IMG/VR virus record: IMGVR_UViG_3300042868_013692
DNA: 64,000 nt
Reading direction: 5' to 3' (one strand)
Source: an uncultured virus (IMG/VR IMGVR_UViG_3300042868_013692)
Taxonomy: Duplodnaviria > Heunggongvirae > Uroviricota > Caudoviricetes
This document shows positions 49,824 to 59,860 of this stretch, one piece after another. The position numbers and the translations under genes are program-made. The first letter of the stretch is position 1. Every line of letters starts with the position of its first letter. The notes under the pieces are model-generated. The model did no database searches, had not been told where the DNA came from, and saw only the letters and a program-made list of their open reading frames with translations.

Positions 49824-50342
49824 ATGACACACACAAAGAAAATGATTAATTACAGACCCGCTGGTACAAACCTTTTCCTAGAAAAAACTGAGTCAATTGT
49901 AAACGCTGTAAATTGTCAGGGCATATCTGGTTCAGGCATAGCATATTTTGTTTCCATCAAGTTTCCCAAAGAAACCAAAGTTTACGAAAGAATGTGCGCC
50001 GATAAGGCGATCGCGCCTGGGATTGTCGGTGTAATACCCGCGAAACCAACCGCAGGAAACCCAAACATCAAATACATTTTCGCGCTCCCCACAATCGGCA
50101 CATTTCAAGAATTCAATAAGCTAGATTACGCAGGGAAATTGAACCTTGTAAAAATTGGCTTAGAGGATTTGAGACGGGTGTTGCTAACCATGCCCGAATT
50201 AAAATCAATATCTATCCCTGCCCTTGGGTGCGGTGTAGCTGGGCTAAAATGGGGCGATGTGAAACCTATTATCGAGGAGTTTTTGAGCGATGTACCACAA
50301 GATGTATTTGTAATTGAACCCCGCGACAAGGGCAAGGAATAA
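49824..50342 (+). CDS. macrodomain protein (DarG-like ADP-ribose glycohydrolase)
   Basis: SIVNAVNCQGISGSGIA...KFP; SISIPALGCGVAGLKW. Confidence 0.88.
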   Translation: MTHTKKMINYRPAGTNLFLEKTESIVNAVNCQGISGSGIAYFVSIKFPKETKVYERMCADKAIAPGIVGVIPAKPTAGNPNIKYIFALPTIGTFQEFNKLDYAGKLNLVKIGLEDLRRVLLTMPELKSISIPALGCGVAGLKWGDVKPIIEEFLSDVPQDVFVIEPRDKGKE

Positions 50343-50380
50343 GAAACAGGTCTAATTATCAATGCGGTTAAAACCGCGCG

Positions 50381-50436
50381 TGTCGTTTCCCTCTCGGCAC
50401 TAAAGTGACTGAGTTTCACACTTACCAGGAGTTCTT
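50381..50436 (+). mobile_element. IS200/IS605-like end remnant forming a gene leader (copy B)
   Basis: CTCGGCAC-TAAA-GTGACTGAG hairpin, preceded by GCGGTTAAAACCGC; runs into ATG. Confidence 0.55.
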
Positions 50437-51330
50437 ATGAAAACAATCATATCTCATCAAGACAATTTAAGCTTTTTAATTAACGCTGCCAAAAAAAATA
50501 GAATTGCGTCTGCATATCTATTCACCGGGCGCAAAGGTGTTGGTAAATTTACAGTTGCCAAATCTTTCGCCAACACCCTAACAAAAAATCCAATGGCGGA
50601 CATACATATTGTTGCTCCAACATACACAGAAGATGGTGAAATTTTAACTATTGAAGAGGCTTTTGAAAAAGGATTAAATAAAAGAACAAAACCAGTTATT
50701 AGAATTGAGCAAATAAGGGATCTGGACGGTTTTATCTCTCGCAGACCTTTGGGCATCAGCAATAATTATGGTTTCCCATCCAAAAATATTGTCATAATTG
50801 ATGACTGCCAAGAACTAAAGGAAGATAGCATGAACGCATTGCTTAAAAACCTAGAAGAGCCAGGCGCACACACGGTTTTTATCCTCGTTGCTTCTGGCAA
50901 GGTTTCTGACACAATATCCTCAAGATGCCAAGTTTTAAATTTCAGCAGACTTTCAAAAGAAAATTTGCTGGAAATTGCAAAAATTAATTTTTTAGACATC
51001 AATGATAATATCTTGAACATTTGTGACGGCAGTTATGGTGACGCGATCGCCATTAAAGCCGTACTAGAGGAAGTGCCGGAACAAATTATTTGTTCCGCTT
51101 CAACAATACCAACGAAAGTTATTGATTGCTTACAAATTGCAAGAGACATTTCTGCGCTTTCTAGTAGTCAACAAATCGTGCTAATGGAGTACGCGGTTAG
51201 CATGATTTGGATGACTTATTTCAACATGGGGTTTGTCACTATTTTTAACGACTCAATTAATAAGCTAAAAAGCGGAATGCAGTCGCGCTTAACTTTGGAG
51301 GCACTTTACCTAAGCCTATTGAATACATAA
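50437..51330 (+). CDS. holB: DNA polymerase III delta-prime subunit
   Basis: AYLFTGRKGVGK, IRIEQIR, IIDDCQEL..MNALLKNLEEP, TISSRCQ. Confidence 0.9.
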   Translation: MKTIISHQDNLSFLINAAKKNRIASAYLFTGRKGVGKFTVAKSFANTLTKNPMADIHIVAPTYTEDGEILTIEEAFEKGLNKRTKPVIRIEQIRDLDGFISRRPLGISNNYGFPSKNIVIIDDCQELKEDSMNALLKNLEEPGAHTVFILVASGKVSDTISSRCQVLNFSRLSKENLLEIAKINFLDINDNILNICDGSYGDAIAIKAVLEEVPEQIICSASTIPTKVIDCLQIARDISALSSSQQIVLMEYAVSMIWMTYFNMGFVTIFNDSINKLKSGMQSRLTLEALYLSLLNT

Positions 51331-51334
51331 GAAT

Positions 51335-51529
51335 ATGGAGAATACTGAGACGACAGAAATATGCCTTATAATTTCTGATGTTGTGACACCAGAAAATGCA
51401 AATAACAAAATTTTAGAACACTTAGCGCAAAGTCCCAAGAGGATATTGGTAAGACCTGTTGACGAAAATAGGGTTGTTGTCACCGCAGAATACACACAAA
51501 CACTTCAAGAAATAATTGAGTATTTTTAA
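51335..51529 (+). CDS. small hypothetical protein
   Basis: 64 aa filling the gap between holB and holA. Confidence 0.65.
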   Translation: MENTETTEICLIISDVVTPENANNKILEHLAQSPKRILVRPVDENRVVVTAEYTQTLQEIIEYF

Positions 51530-51531
51530 TT

Positions 51532-52536
51532 ATGTCCAGAAAAACAGCAGAGCCAAAAGCGAAAAAAGAGTCAGCAAAAAAACCGCCGGCTAAAAAGCGA
51601 GATATAGGGGCAGATGGTGGTAAAATTTTTATTTTGTGGGGTAACGACGAGTTTTTAATAAACAAGAAAGTAAAAACATTTTCTGATTCGGTTTCTGATT
51701 TTAGGGAATTTAACTTCAATGAGGTTTCTGATATTTCGGATGGTTTAACAACCGCGCTAGAAGCACCATTTGGTTCTCTAAATAGAGTTGTTATTGTTAA
51801 GCAAACGATAAAAGCTGATGACATAGATTTGTTTGAGAGATACCTGCCAATCCCCCAAACATCAACATTGGTAATTGTGTGCGACAGCAAGCCAGACGAG
51901 CGCACAAAAGTCGTCAAACTGCTTAAAACGCAGGGTGAAATCATTGGATATGAAATAATACCAAGTTGGAAAGAAGACGATATCCGGCGACATATTTTGA
52001 AGGTTGCACAGCATCTTGAGGTAAAAATATCTAGCGACGCAATTGACGCTCTAATGGCTGTCACAGGTTCGGACACCTATCGCATTGTTTCCGAGCTTGA
52101 AAAGCTATTTATTTACAAAAACGGTGGGTTGATAGAAAAAGCGGACGTGATGGAAATGCTGCCAGACATATCTGGTAATATTTTCAAGTGCATTAGTGCG
52201 ATCGCAGCAGGTGAAAAACAAAAGGCGTTGATTTTAATTGATGCGCTTTTTCAGGCAAATGAACATCCGTTGAAATTGCACGCAGCGATGGCTTCAACGA
52301 TTAGGACGTGGCTGTTTGTAAAAGAGTTGATGGGTAAAACTGACAACACATCAATTGCGACCGAGGCTGGTATAGGCAATCCACAAAGAGTCTATTTTCT
52401 ATCTCAAGAGGTAAAAAATATTAAACTAGAATGGATTGTGAAATGCTTAATAGGATTAAGCGATCTTGAATTTAAACTCAAGCGTGGTGGTGGAGAATTA
52501 GACTTTAAAGTGTTTATTTCTGAAATGTCGCAATGA
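51532..52536 (+). CDS. holA: DNA polymerase III delta subunit
   Basis: FILWGNDEF, PFGSLNRVV, KPDERTK, SELEKL, ANEHPL, GIGNPQRVYFL (cyanobacterial type). Confidence 0.85.
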   Translation: MSRKTAEPKAKKESAKKPPAKKRDIGADGGKIFILWGNDEFLINKKVKTFSDSVSDFREFNFNEVSDISDGLTTALEAPFGSLNRVVIVKQTIKADDIDLFERYLPIPQTSTLVIVCDSKPDERTKVVKLLKTQGEIIGYEIIPSWKEDDIRRHILKVAQHLEVKISSDAIDALMAVTGSDTYRIVSELEKLFIYKNGGLIEKADVMEMLPDISGNIFKCISAIAAGEKQKALILIDALFQANEHPLKLHAAMASTIRTWLFVKELMGKTDNTSIATEAGIGNPQRVYFLSQEVKNIKLEWIVKCLIGLSDLEFKLKRGGGELDFKVFISEMSQ

Positions 52537-52623
52537 CACCGCAGGAACATTTTGCCTTCTGCGTTATTTACCAGGACTTAAGCAATTGCCAAAGAAAAAT
52601 ATAAAAACATTGGAGTACAAAAT

Positions 52624-52809
52624 ATGAATCCCATAATAGAAGGATTAAGCATTTTAGCAAAGTATTATCCTGATGATGAATTTGCAGCAGCGCATGATCA
52701 AGTTTGGTATGCACCTTACGAACCAGGTAAAATAAGTGCTGATGATTTGGCTAAACTAGAAGAATTGGGATGGAGGGAAGATTCTGATAGCTGGGGTCAT
52801 CGCTGCTAA
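52624..52809 (+). CDS. small hypothetical phage protein
   Basis: GGAG RBS; AAHD...LEELGW. Confidence 0.7.
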   Translation: MNPIIEGLSILAKYYPDDEFAAAHDQVWYAPYEPGKISADDLAKLEELGWREDSDSWGHRC

Positions 52810-52905
52810 ATCGCAAGCCAACCATAAAATTTTCTTCATTTTCTCCCCTTATAAAGACTAAAAAACATTAGCTAATATGACTGCATATTAGCTAATGTTT
52901 TTATT

Positions 52906-53256
52906 TTACTCGTCCGACTCCCAATCGTCTCCAAATAGCAAAGTTCCGATATACATCCCACGCTTTTGCATAAGATAAAGATATGCTTGTCTGATAATAT
53001 TTCCAGACAATTCTAAAACAGGAAGATCAAGCCAAAGATTAAACTCCTCTGAAGTAACTAACACCAATTGACTATCAATTGGTGGCTTTATTTTAGCGTC
53101 TGACTCTTCCTTCGATGTGTATACAGAGATATATACATTCGCAGTTTTTGAATCAAAATCATATTGAATTGACGAAATTCGCAAATATCCTTGTTGGTAC
53201 GATTCATTGCTGGTCGAACTAACAAAACTTGAGCCGTCTTTTAATACTAAAGCCAT
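52906..53256 (-). CDS. small virion or tail-associated protein
   Basis: Last gene of the structural operon; GAGG RBS. Confidence 0.65.
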   Translation of the reverse strand: MALVLKDGSSFVSSTSNESYQQGYLRISSIQYDFDSKTANVYISVYTSKEESDAKIKPPIDSQLVLVTSEEFNLWLDLPVLELSGNIIRQAYLYLMQKRGMYIGTLLFGDDWESDE

Positions 53257-53276
53257 AATATTCCTCTGTTTTTTGA

Positions 53277-56200
53277 TTATGCGATCGCTAATGCAGCCTG
53301 TTCTACGGCTTTTAATTCTGGTGTAGTCATGTAATTATTATAGGCAGCCAAGAAACTCATATTCCCGATAAATGTGCGATCATTTACACCATCTCCGCCA
53401 ATACATTGGTATCCCTGGCTGCCAACACGATTACCAAAGCCTCTGCCTGTGTAAGAAGGGTGTAGTTCCGATCCAATATTCACACTGTCGACTCTTAGTG
53501 ACGCTTTCCCAGTATTAGGGTTAAAAGTTGCCGAAACAACAGCCCAAGTCCCATTTTTTCCGTATTCTTTGAATAGATTATATTGCTGGTTATTCGCACC
53601 GTAATTCGCTAGTAATAAACTATTATAAACAAACCCAAACACAGCTAGATTCCCTAGCGTCAAAATGTATTGAAATACTCTTCCGTTCGTGCGATTAATA
53701 ACCGCAACGCAGGTAAATCCACGAGATATGTCAATTGGGCTTGAATCAGGCAAAACAAGCCTTTTGTGATTGTCCGTAAACCTGATTGTCGGCAGACCTC
53801 TTCGCAAAGCAGTCCCATCCGATGTTGGATTTTGACCTGTGGGAGCAACAACGTCATTTCCGTATCCACTCTGATCATTCCAACGAGTGACAATATTCCC
53901 AGCGTCAACAATCACCCCAGTATCATGGCGTAGTAGCAATACAGGTCTGTAGACGTTTGCAAAAGTGGCTTGCGCTGGGGCTATTCGTGGTTCATCGCCT
54001 TTAACAATCATGTACTGAGGAATGGTTATTGTTTTACCAGCGTCCGCAGAGTTACAGATTAAAGTTCCGGTAGATCCATTCACCACGATTTCGTTAATTG
54101 CTGGGACAATAGCATCATTGGTGCGGACTGTCGCTGGAGTTCCATAGCCTGATATTTGGGCAGAGATAGGAATAACTTCTACATCAAGCCATCTAAAAGA
54201 AGGATCTGGGTTAGAACCACCGGCAGAAGATTTGCTCACTATTGCAGAATAAGGTTCTGCTGTAGAAATGGTAAGAGTTTCAGATACCGTTATTAATTCC
54301 GTTGGGCGCAAGTATGTTGATGCTTTAATTGATACATTGTTGATATTGTCTTTTAGTACACCCAAGCAAACCACCTGAGTGTACCAATTCCCAGAAACAA
54401 AGCCTAAATTACCCAATTCTGTGAAATTAATAGTTAGTCCATCAATCAAGGTTTCCGTTGCTGCATGAGTCGGCTTGCCAGTTCTAGTAGCTTGAACCCA
54501 TGCCGTGCCATTCCATGTTGGATCTGCCGACACCCAGGACGAAGTCCCCGGATTCCAGTGGAATGTCTCCCACACAAAGGGATTAAATACATTGCTCGTG
54601 TTTATTCCTGCACCAGTAATTCCTGTTATTCTGTTTGCGTTGCCATATTTGTATATATAGTCACCGCTTTTATCCTTTTTCGATCCAAAAAATAGTCCAT
54701 CGCCCAACCAGCAAACACTATCCCATATACTGTTGTATCTACTGTCTACCTCTGTCTGGTGCTGAAATAGAGTTGTTTTCCCTTCTTTAATGAATTTACC
54801 CGACAAGAGATACCCATTCTCGTCCAATATCGGAGTATCTCCTAGCAAGCCACTTGAATCGAAATCATTGTTGACAATCCATTCGCTAGTTGTTGTACCA
54901 AAAGTGAGAAGTATCCCTGAGTGTGTCCACGTAGGGGTGGGGATGCTTGCGCTATACCATTGTCCTTTAGGAGAGGAAACGAGATATTTGGGCGAAGCTT
55001 GCCGTAGCGACAAAGCATTTGTATTAGTTGCTCCAGCAACACCAAATCCGTATCCGTTGGCAATACCACCAGATAAAGTCCACCACCATACAAGTGCGTT
55101 GTTATTTGATTGAGTGCCGAATAGAGCTATTCTATTGGGTGCTGATTTGTCGGCAGTGATAAACCAAAGAGATCGATTGTCGCTTGAGTTGAGGTTTGAT
55201 AGAGGGAATGTGAAAGTTAAATTTGTGTTCCAGTCTTGGCTATTTCGCAGGGTGAAAATTGCTCCATCCCAAAATAATGCGTACAGAATATTAGAGAATC
55301 CAGCACTAACACTTCGACACCCTGTAGTGACCAAATTAATAACTGCTGAGGAATTTCCAGGCGTTATTTCCCATAATCCGGTATTGTCACAGGCCGCATA
55401 TATTTTCCCAGTCGCCAGAACAAATTCCACATGACGAAGTGCTGTGACAGGCAAGGAAGGTTGTGTGCTGGAGTCCCAATCCTGGTGATCTCCATTGACA
55501 AGATTTATTATGCTTATCCCTGTACTGTCATGTCTGATAATTTGAGTTTTACTGTAGGCAATATCATGAGTTGTCTCTCCCGTGCCAGCATGATATCTGG
55601 GATAAGGCTTTCCGTTTGCAAGATTATTTTGGTGGGTAAAGATTGTTGCTAGTTCTATGTAATTAAAAGCATTGTCGTTGAAATGTGTCACTCTGCTTCT
55701 TTGAAAAACATAAGTAGCAGTACCTATAGAGCCAGAGTTTAGGATCTCAATTCTGTAAAGTTCGGGAAAATTATCCGCCCAAGAGCCTTGTATATTTGGT
55801 TTTCCACTGCCACTAGCCAAGTTGTTGCTATCTTGGAAAGGTAATGTGGCACTATTCCCATGTGAAAACATATTTTGGAACGGCGTGGATGTAGATTGAT
55901 AATTAATGCTGCCAAATAGTTTACTTACAGTTCTCCCGGCAATTCGATCTCTTGACGGTTCTGCTTGATATCCAGTCCCTATCATCGTGTAATATCTGCC
56001 TACCGATTTTGTATTTGGCACTGAAGCGACAAAATCATATCGAGCTGCACCATACGCCTGTGTATGAACTTCCTCAGAATCATCGCTAAATTTGCGTACA
56101 CCATCCCCATATACAAAAAAGTTAAGGCAAGACTTATTTGCCTCTTTAAAATTGCCATAAAGTAGCGGGAAAACAAAGTTGCGGATAGATGTATAAAAAG

Positions 56201-56894
56201 TTGAGTTCCACGAAAATCCATTCGCTCTATTTATGGCATAAATCATGTCTTGGGAAATAGCAGGAACATTGTTATAGCCAGAGTAACTGCTAGGAAGCCT
56301 GATTCGGTAAGTAACGTCAATGATTTCATTCTTTTTCTGCTGGATGTTAGAGCCAATATCTATATAAGCCCATATAGCACCAGATGTTCCACTGTTAGCT
56401 TGAGCGGCTGTGTGATCAATTGCTGAAGCGATGTTAGTTAATGCTATCGTTCTGAAAAATCGGTCAAAAGCAATGTTGGAGGGATACAAAGATCCCACAA
56501 ATCCCAGTCTTTGTGATATTGTTATTTCTTCAACTATTCCATCATTATTGAAATCAATATAATTAGTTTTTGGACCAATGTTAATGGTATCCGTACTCGC
56601 AGTCCCAATAAAGTTACCAATCCAAAATAAACTACGCTTCCCATTCCCAGGTGCTTCTGTGGAAAAAGAAATATTAAGTGAGGTTAGCCAAGGCAATATT
56701 ATTCCTCCATAACCAATGTATTCATTTGCGTATGTACTATGTCTAGCGGTATAAGCTTCATTTATGAAACGATCAGTAATTGTATTTTCCTGTGTAATAG
56801 TTTGCCGAACCTCAAGAGTTTTAGCGTCTTTAATTTCTATTGTAAATTCGCCTTCTAATCCACCAAAATAATTAACAATTTGATTATTTTTCAT
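53277..56894 (-). CDS. large virion structural protein with propeller-like middle and LamG-like C-terminus
   Basis: 1205 aa, Gly/Asn/Thr-rich; WNDQSGYGN and FIGNMSFLAAYN motifs. Confidence 0.7.
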   Translation of the reverse strand: MKNNQIVNYFGGLEGEFTIEIKDAKTLEVRQTITQENTITDRFINEAYTARHSTYANEYIGYGGIILPWLTSLNISFSTEAPGNGKRSLFWIGNFIGTASTDTINIGPKTNYIDFNNDGIVEEITISQRLGFVGSLYPSNIAFDRFFRTIALTNIASAIDHTAAQANSGTSGAIWAYIDIGSNIQQKKNEIIDVTYRIRLPSSYSGYNNVPAISQDMIYAINRANGFSWNSTFYTSIRNFVFPLLYGNFKEANKSCLNFFVYGDGVRKFSDDSEEVHTQAYGAARYDFVASVPNTKSVGRYYTMIGTGYQAEPSRDRIAGRTVSKLFGSINYQSTSTPFQNMFSHGNSATLPFQDSNNLASGSGKPNIQGSWADNFPELYRIEILNSGSIGTATYVFQRSRVTHFNDNAFNYIELATIFTHQNNLANGKPYPRYHAGTGETTHDIAYSKTQIIRHDSTGISIINLVNGDHQDWDSSTQPSLPVTALRHVEFVLATGKIYAACDNTGLWEITPGNSSAVINLVTTGCRSVSAGFSNILYALFWDGAIFTLRNSQDWNTNLTFTFPLSNLNSSDNRSLWFITADKSAPNRIALFGTQSNNNALVWWWTLSGGIANGYGFGVAGATNTNALSLRQASPKYLVSSPKGQWYSASIPTPTWTHSGILLTFGTTTSEWIVNNDFDSSGLLGDTPILDENGYLLSGKFIKEGKTTLFQHQTEVDSRYNSIWDSVCWLGDGLFFGSKKDKSGDYIYKYGNANRITGITGAGINTSNVFNPFVWETFHWNPGTSSWVSADPTWNGTAWVQATRTGKPTHAATETLIDGLTINFTELGNLGFVSGNWYTQVVCLGVLKDNINNVSIKASTYLRPTELITVSETLTISTAEPYSAIVSKSSAGGSNPDPSFRWLDVEVIPISAQISGYGTPATVRTNDAIVPAINEIVVNGSTGTLICNSADAGKTITIPQYMIVKGDEPRIAPAQATFANVYRPVLLLRHDTGVIVDAGNIVTRWNDQSGYGNDVVAPTGQNPTSDGTALRRGLPTIRFTDNHKRLVLPDSSPIDISRGFTCVAVINRTNGRVFQYILTLGNLAVFGFVYNSLLLANYGANNQQYNLFKEYGKNGTWAVVSATFNPNTGKASLRVDSVNIGSELHPSYTGRGFGNRVGSQGYQCIGGDGVNDRTFIGNMSFLAAYNNYMTTPELKAVEQAALAIA

Positions 56895-56900
56895 GATTTT

Positions 56901-57653
56901 TTAGTTAAAAATTGTTCCTGCTGTAGACCAAGTATACTGATTATTTGTTGTTGTTGTAGAGCTAATAAAGCTAGAGGTCTCTGCTATTTCGCCTAACGCA
57001 TCTCTTTGAGAAATAGATGTAAAGAAGAAAACATCATTATTTGTCGTTGTAGTCTCAACTGGAAAAATTGAAGCCTCAAGCAGCGGTGATTCATAGGATT
57101 GGGTTGAAATTCCCGTATAGAAATAAACATCAGAATTTATGATTGAATTAACTCCAGCAAAGATGGATGCTTCAGCAGCTAATCCAGACACAACACCCGC
57201 TCCTATGAATCCAAGATCGGAAGGAGCTTCGTAAATTGGACTTGTTTTTATTTCCTGGTTTACATAATTATCAGCCTTGAAATATCCGACCAATCTGTAA
57301 TTAGCTTTTACTCCAAAAATCCTCCTAAATATCATATCTGTAGAAGTGTGGTAAAGCTTGTATTCCCCATCTAAATTCGCCCACACCTCTACTTTTGTTA
57401 AAAATTGACTCAGAAGTGACGGCATTACGAAATATGCTGGTAGTTTTAGTGGGTCTGGCAAAACTATGATTGATGAATCAATTGCATCAATCCTTGGTAA
57501 TGGATGTGAGCCAAGAATTAGCTGAGGTAATGCCATCGCATCTGGCGTAATTTCTAATAATTGATTTTGCAATATAGAAGGGACGGGCAAAGGCGCATAA
57601 AGTTTTTTATTGAAACCAATATCTGGGCGTTTCCACAAAAGATGTCTAAACAT
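56901..57653 (-). CDS. probable virion structural protein
   Basis: 250 aa, closely packed in the operon. Confidence 0.65.
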   Translation of the reverse strand: MFRHLLWKRPDIGFNKKLYAPLPVPSILQNQLLEITPDAMALPQLILGSHPLPRIDAIDSSIIVLPDPLKLPAYFVMPSLLSQFLTKVEVWANLDGEYKLYHTSTDMIFRRIFGVKANYRLVGYFKADNYVNQEIKTSPIYEAPSDLGFIGAGVVSGLAAEASIFAGVNSIINSDVYFYTGISTQSYESPLLEASIFPVETTTTNNDVFFFTSISQRDALGEIAETSSFISSTTTTNNQYTWSTAGTIFN

Positions 57654-57655
57654 AA

Positions 57656-59113
57656 TCAGAAATCATTATTCATTACACAATACAAAATGTTGTCGCATGC
57701 AAACGAAGATATAATATCAACGCCATCAATCGTAAATTCTGGAACTAATTTATTTGCAAACTTAAAAACACTTGGATCTAGTGTTAAGTTTCTGTCAAAA
57801 CTATCTGAAAAAAACATAAAAATATAGCTCGCGCCTTGTACAAAATTTGTGCAAGTCAAGAAAGCATTAGAAAGATTTAAATTCACAATAAAGATATTGT
57901 TTTTGCCTAAATTTATGGACGTATTCGCTACTAGAGTGACGTTTACAATTGAAAATGGCGCAGAATTTAAAACTCCCAATACGTTTATTGTAAAATCATT
58001 GCCGACAATGATACCACCAAGTGTTGATGTTGTGGCAATTGGTATGTCTAAATTAATATTGTCCTGGATATAATTTATGTCAACGGCAGTTAAGCCAGTG
58101 GCATCAACATCAAGCCCGTTACCGACAATGATACCACCAAGTGCTGATGTTGTGGCAATTGGTATGTCTAAATTAATATTGTCCTGGATATAATTTATGT
58201 CAACGGCAGTTAAGCCAGTGGCATCAACATCAAGCCCGTCGCCGACAATGATACCACCAAGTGCTGATGTTGTGGCAATTGGTATGTCTAAATTAATATT
58301 GTCCTGGATATAATTTATGTCAACGGCAGTTAAGCCAGTGGCATCAACATCAAGCCCGTCGCCGACAATGACACCACCAAGTGTTGATGTTGTGGCAGGA
58401 ACTAGGCCTCCACCTCCGTTGAATATTAAGTCAACGGGTATCCATTTTGAGCGATCGCTTGGTAATATGCCAACAATTCCATCATCTCTGCACACATAGC
58501 GGAAACCATTGTAAAGAACGGTATTTCCGACTCTGTATAGCTGAGTCCCGCTATAGTTTGATGTTGGAATTACTATTTCTAACATTGTCGCTAAAAATGC
58601 GGGATCTTTTTTAAGAATGTCTGCCACTTGCTTTGCCGTTTGAGGAGTTCTATCGTTCCAAAATCCAGTTTTTTCTAGGTCTGCAAAATCAACAGAATTC
58701 TTGTTGGGTATGGCAGCATAAAAAACCGGTTCTACCTCTACCTCTTCTGTATTGGTTTTCTTGTTTAAATGTATACTTTCATTTGTCCAAACATATCCAA
58801 CATAATATTCGTTTTCGTGAAGAATATACGGCAACTCGCCATCGTAACCATAGAAGTCACCATTGTCATAGTAAAAAGAGTTCGTGGTTGCTTTCTGAAA
58901 AATAGAAAAACTGTAAACCTGTTTTCTAGTTTCGGATTCAGGAAGTTCTAGTGAAAATCTTCCATTTATAATTTCGGCATCAAACTGAAGGGGAAGTGAA
59001 ACTTTTTTTGGAGACTGAACACCGGAAATTAGCGGCTGTAAAAGCTGAATTCTCAGAAAGCCGTTTATTGGATTTGACCCAGCATCTGCTATGTTTCCGC
59101 TTAAAAGTGTCAT
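57656..59113 (-). CDS. tail-fibre/baseplate-associated protein with 40-aa repeats
   Basis: PIATTSALGGIIVGDGLDVDATG repeats; YRVGNTVLYNGFRYVC module. Confidence 0.78.
   Translation of the reverse strand: MTLLSGNIADAGSNPINGFLRIQLLQPLISGVQSPKKVSLPLQFDAEIINGRFSLELPESETRKQVYSFSIFQKATTNSFYYDNGDFYGYDGELPYILHENEYYVGYVWTNESIHLNKKTNTEEVEVEPVFYAAIPNKNSVDFADLEKTGFWNDRTPQTAKQVADILKKDPAFLATMLEIVIPTSNYSGTQLYRVGNTVLYNGFRYVCRDDGIVGILPSDRSKWIPVDLIFNGGGGLVPATTSTLGGVIVGDGLDVDATGLTAVDINYIQDNINLDIPIATTSALGGIIVGDGLDVDATGLTAVDINYIQDNINLDIPIATTSALGGIIVGNGLDVDATGLTAVDINYIQDNINLDIPIATTSTLGGIIVGNDFTINVLGVLNSAPFSIVNVTLVANTSINLGKNNIFIVNLNLSNAFLTCTNFVQGASYIFMFFSDSFDRNLTLDPSVFKFANKLVPEFTIDGVDIISSFACDNILYCVMNNDF
58002..58397 (-). 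repeat. 120-bp tandem coding repeats (about 3.3 copies)
   Basis: CCGACAATG recurs at 58002, 58122, 58242 and 58362. Confidence 0.95.
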
Positions 59114-59164
59114 AAATATAAAATTATTTGTAAAATTATTATATTATTTTAGCGCAAAATTATC

Positions 59165-59515
59165 ATGGTAGAAAGAGCAACACCAAAATATCCAATACAG
59201 GTTTCAAATGGCAGAATTATGCTTTCTACAGGAACAGATATTGAGAAGGATGCCATATTTAGCGTACTGGAAACAAGACAATATGAGCGTGTTATGCGAC
59301 CACTTTCCTATGGAACTAAAAGCTATATTTTCGATACAACCTCTGCTACATCTGTAATACCCGCGAGGGTTGAGGTGGCACTGCGATCGCAAATACCAAA
59401 CCTTAGTAAAATCCAGGTCACCGGAAGCTTTGATGAAAGTGGTGTTCAACAATTAAAAATTTATTGGGAGGACAAGGATTTTAGGAAAAACGATCTCAAG
59501 CTATCTGTCTCTTAG
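59165..59515 (+). CDS. GPW/gp25-family baseplate wedge protein
   Basis: IFSVLETRQYERVMRP.SYGT motif. Confidence 0.8.
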   Translation: MVERATPKYPIQVSNGRIMLSTGTDIEKDAIFSVLETRQYERVMRPLSYGTKSYIFDTTSATSVIPARVEVALRSQIPNLSKIQVTGSFDESGVQQLKIYWEDKDFRKNDLKLSVS

Positions 59516-59522
59516 TTTCGTG

Positions 59523-59860
59523 TTACAGACGTATTACAAGAGTTTTAAATACAGGCGTGTGTTTGCACAATATATTGATTTTAATCAAAAATAAAGTAAA
59601 GGGAAGATGATCACTTTCTTATAGGAAACTGCCCTTTTTTCTTTGTATCTTCCCTTTACTTTTGACACGCTTTATGTTATACTCCGCCACAGATTTTTCA
59701 ACGAGAGAATGCGGGTTTGAGGCGTGTTACAAGATTCGTGTTTTGGCGGCATTGTGACAGGTTGGAAGCGAATGCCAGTTTTGTGGTTTTGGGGACGGCG
59801 TTGGGGAGAATGCAACTAAAACCGGAAACCTTGCTGTGCGGGGATTACAATATGTTTCTA
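59523..59860 (+). repeat. dispersed element copy 6: leader plus a partial divergent unit
   Basis: Leader with extended inverted repeat AAAGTAAAGGGAAGAT/ATCTTCCCTTTACTTT; CCTTGCTGTGCGGGGATTACAATATG. Confidence 0.9.
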
